DNA of 62,665 nucleotides, counting the filler, from an uncultured virus (IMG/VR IMGVR_UViG_2061766007_001450) (Duplodnaviria > Heunggongvirae > Uroviricota > Caudoviricetes). It is 5 parts of one record of this genome, joined end to end, with 100 filler letters (N's around TTAATTAATTAA, not from the genome) between each part and the next. Parts side by side here need not be neighbours in the genome. Positions count along the whole stretch, not along the records: positions 34,612 to 62,665 come from IMGVR_UViG_2061766007_001450; 4 more parts are not named here. One strand, given 5' to 3'. The translations under genes and the position numbers were made by a program. Numbering within the stretch: position 1 is the first letter of the stretch; every line of letters begins with the position of its first letter. The notes below the pieces were generated by a model, which was given only the letters and a program-made list of their open reading frames with translations, did not search any database and had not been told where the DNA came from. Shown piece by piece: positions 61,809-62,665 of this stretch.

Positions 61809-61824
61809 TGTTGCACGTGAAACA
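61809..61824. promoter_or_regulatory. parS-like site abutting a stop codon
   Basis: TGTTGCACGTGAAACA, exact match to TGTTNCACGTGAAACA. Confidence 0.75.
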
Positions 61825-62634
61825 TTACGTTGAAATTAACGTGAAATAGCCGGGCGTACCCGCGCGGTCAATCCTTGCATACTCTTGATTGATGTGGGCT
61901 GCATTGTATGTCGTGCCGTTGCCGCCGACAAGCGAGGTGCAGCCGTAAAACATAGCGGAACCATTCGGAAGCGGAACCCAGTCGTTGTAAGTGTAGATGG
62001 TACGAAGATTGCGGCATCCACGGAAAAAGTAGTCAATATATTCGACTTCCGAAATGTCGAAATTATGAAATTCAATTCTTTCACACTCGTAACCATTGAA
62101 AAGATACATACTATTTTTTGGCGCGCAAATAATGTTGTCGCTGACAATTTTATAATATCCATAGCCGTTAACATCTTTCCAAACAGAAATTGTATAAAAG
62201 TCATCAGCGTAGCCAATTTGTTCAAATCCTGACAAATGTGCGGCATTATAACCTTTGTAAAAGGAAATAAACACGGCGGTTGTCGGAACTTTCGCTTGAA
62301 AAGCAAAAATGCTTAACGTGGATTTTTGGGGAGATGGTGATGCTCCCGCGCATAAGTCAGCCAAGGGGTTGAACGTTTCCAAAACGAAGATGTGCAAATC
62401 GTCGGAGTAGTTAGGCAAAAACGACCATTGGATTGCATTGGTATCGGGATTGTCGATGCCGCCGTGAACCTTGTCGCCAACAAAGAACGATTTGATGGGT
62501 ATTGGATAGGCGTTACCGTCCTCGTCAACAATACACTCTACATTGCCGTATTGGTCGAACAAATAAACGCCTAAACTTCCCTCACACTGCATTTGTTTCA
62601 ATGCGGAAACTACCAACTGCGGGAGATTACGCAC
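61825..62634 (-). CDS. Putative structural protein fused to a BspA/DUF285-like LRR module (true start uncertain, near the window edge)
   Basis: N-part matches 31007-31185; C-part F-GC-NL-TIY, MFYGCTSLVGGNGTTY...YARID--GTPGYFT. Confidence 0.65.
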   Translation of the reverse strand: MRNLPQLVVSALKQMQCEGSLGVYLFDQYGNVECIVDEDGNAYPIPIKSFFVGDKVHGGIDNPDTNAIQWSFLPNYSDDLHIFVLETFNPLADLCAGASPSPQKSTLSIFAFQAKVPTTAVFISFYKGYNAAHLSGFEQIGYADDFYTISVWKDVNGYGYYKIVSDNIICAPKNSMYLFNGYECERIEFHNFDISEVEYIDYFFRGCRNLRTIYTYNDWVPLPNGSAMFYGCTSLVGGNGTTYNAAHINQEYARIDRAGTPGYFTLIST

Positions 62635-62665
62635 ACTCGCGGTAAATGAGGAAGGCTCGCGCCCG

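Larger units (their letters stand above)
162..61824. repeat. Dispersed parS-like 16-bp palindromes (about 30 copies with 2 or fewer mismatches to TGTTTCACGTGAAACA)
   Basis: Starts read by eye: 162, 4726, 5705, 6498, 7586, 8857, 11142, 12925, 13749, 16097, 16736, 19584, 22042, 23552, 27341, 29435, 31830, 37072, 38861, 41703, 44706, 46353, 47822, 50191, 50305, 53750, 56389, 57919, 59072, 61809; weaker (3-4 mismatches) at 25257, 47502, 49343, 59839. Confidence 0.85.

Noticed and set aside
162..61824. The 16-bp palindrome or GC hairpins as CRISPR repeats or integron attC sites
   Set aside because: Irregular kb-scale spacing, many inside genes, and no cas gene or integron integrase
61825..62300. 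Diversity-generating retroelement targeting the LRR module
   Set aside because: No reverse transcriptase and no template repeat differing at adenines in the window

Overview
A gap-rich, concatenated assembly, not one contiguous molecule. Five pieces are joined by artificial N-flanked TTAATTAATTAA linkers (1719, 30734, 31671, 34556). It holds at least three related variants of one tailed-phage genome region: A (+, about 3.5-14.8 kb), B (-, about 14.8-25.3 kb, plus + fragments at 17.2-18.4 and 25.4-30.7 kb) and C (-, 34.6-62.7 kb). Repeated TTTG-N20-TAnnTTTG promoters indicate a Bacteroidota host. Recognisable genes include SSB, ERF, DEDDh exonuclease, DUF932, ASCH, YopX, ParB-N, C5 DNA methyltransferases, a CmoA-like enzyme, a radical SAM protein, TerS/TerL, an anchored amidase, a serine recombinase, a probable portal, and a DxD glycosyltransferase with a short UDP-sugar dehydrogenase. 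Three signals stand out. (1) About 30 near-consensus chromosomal parS sites (TGTTTCACGTGAAACA, 2 or fewer mismatches) lie at gene junctions, next to promoters and inside codons, and bracket each ParB-methyltransferase cassette. (2) A CmoA-like gene is paired with the only C5 methyltransferase copy carrying Arg in motif X (GRSV versus GMSV), suggesting carboxymethylcytosine DNA. (3) A conserved structured non-coding element occurs in long, medium and minimal forms. All calls are by eye with no database searches, and gene order across N-gaps is unreliable.
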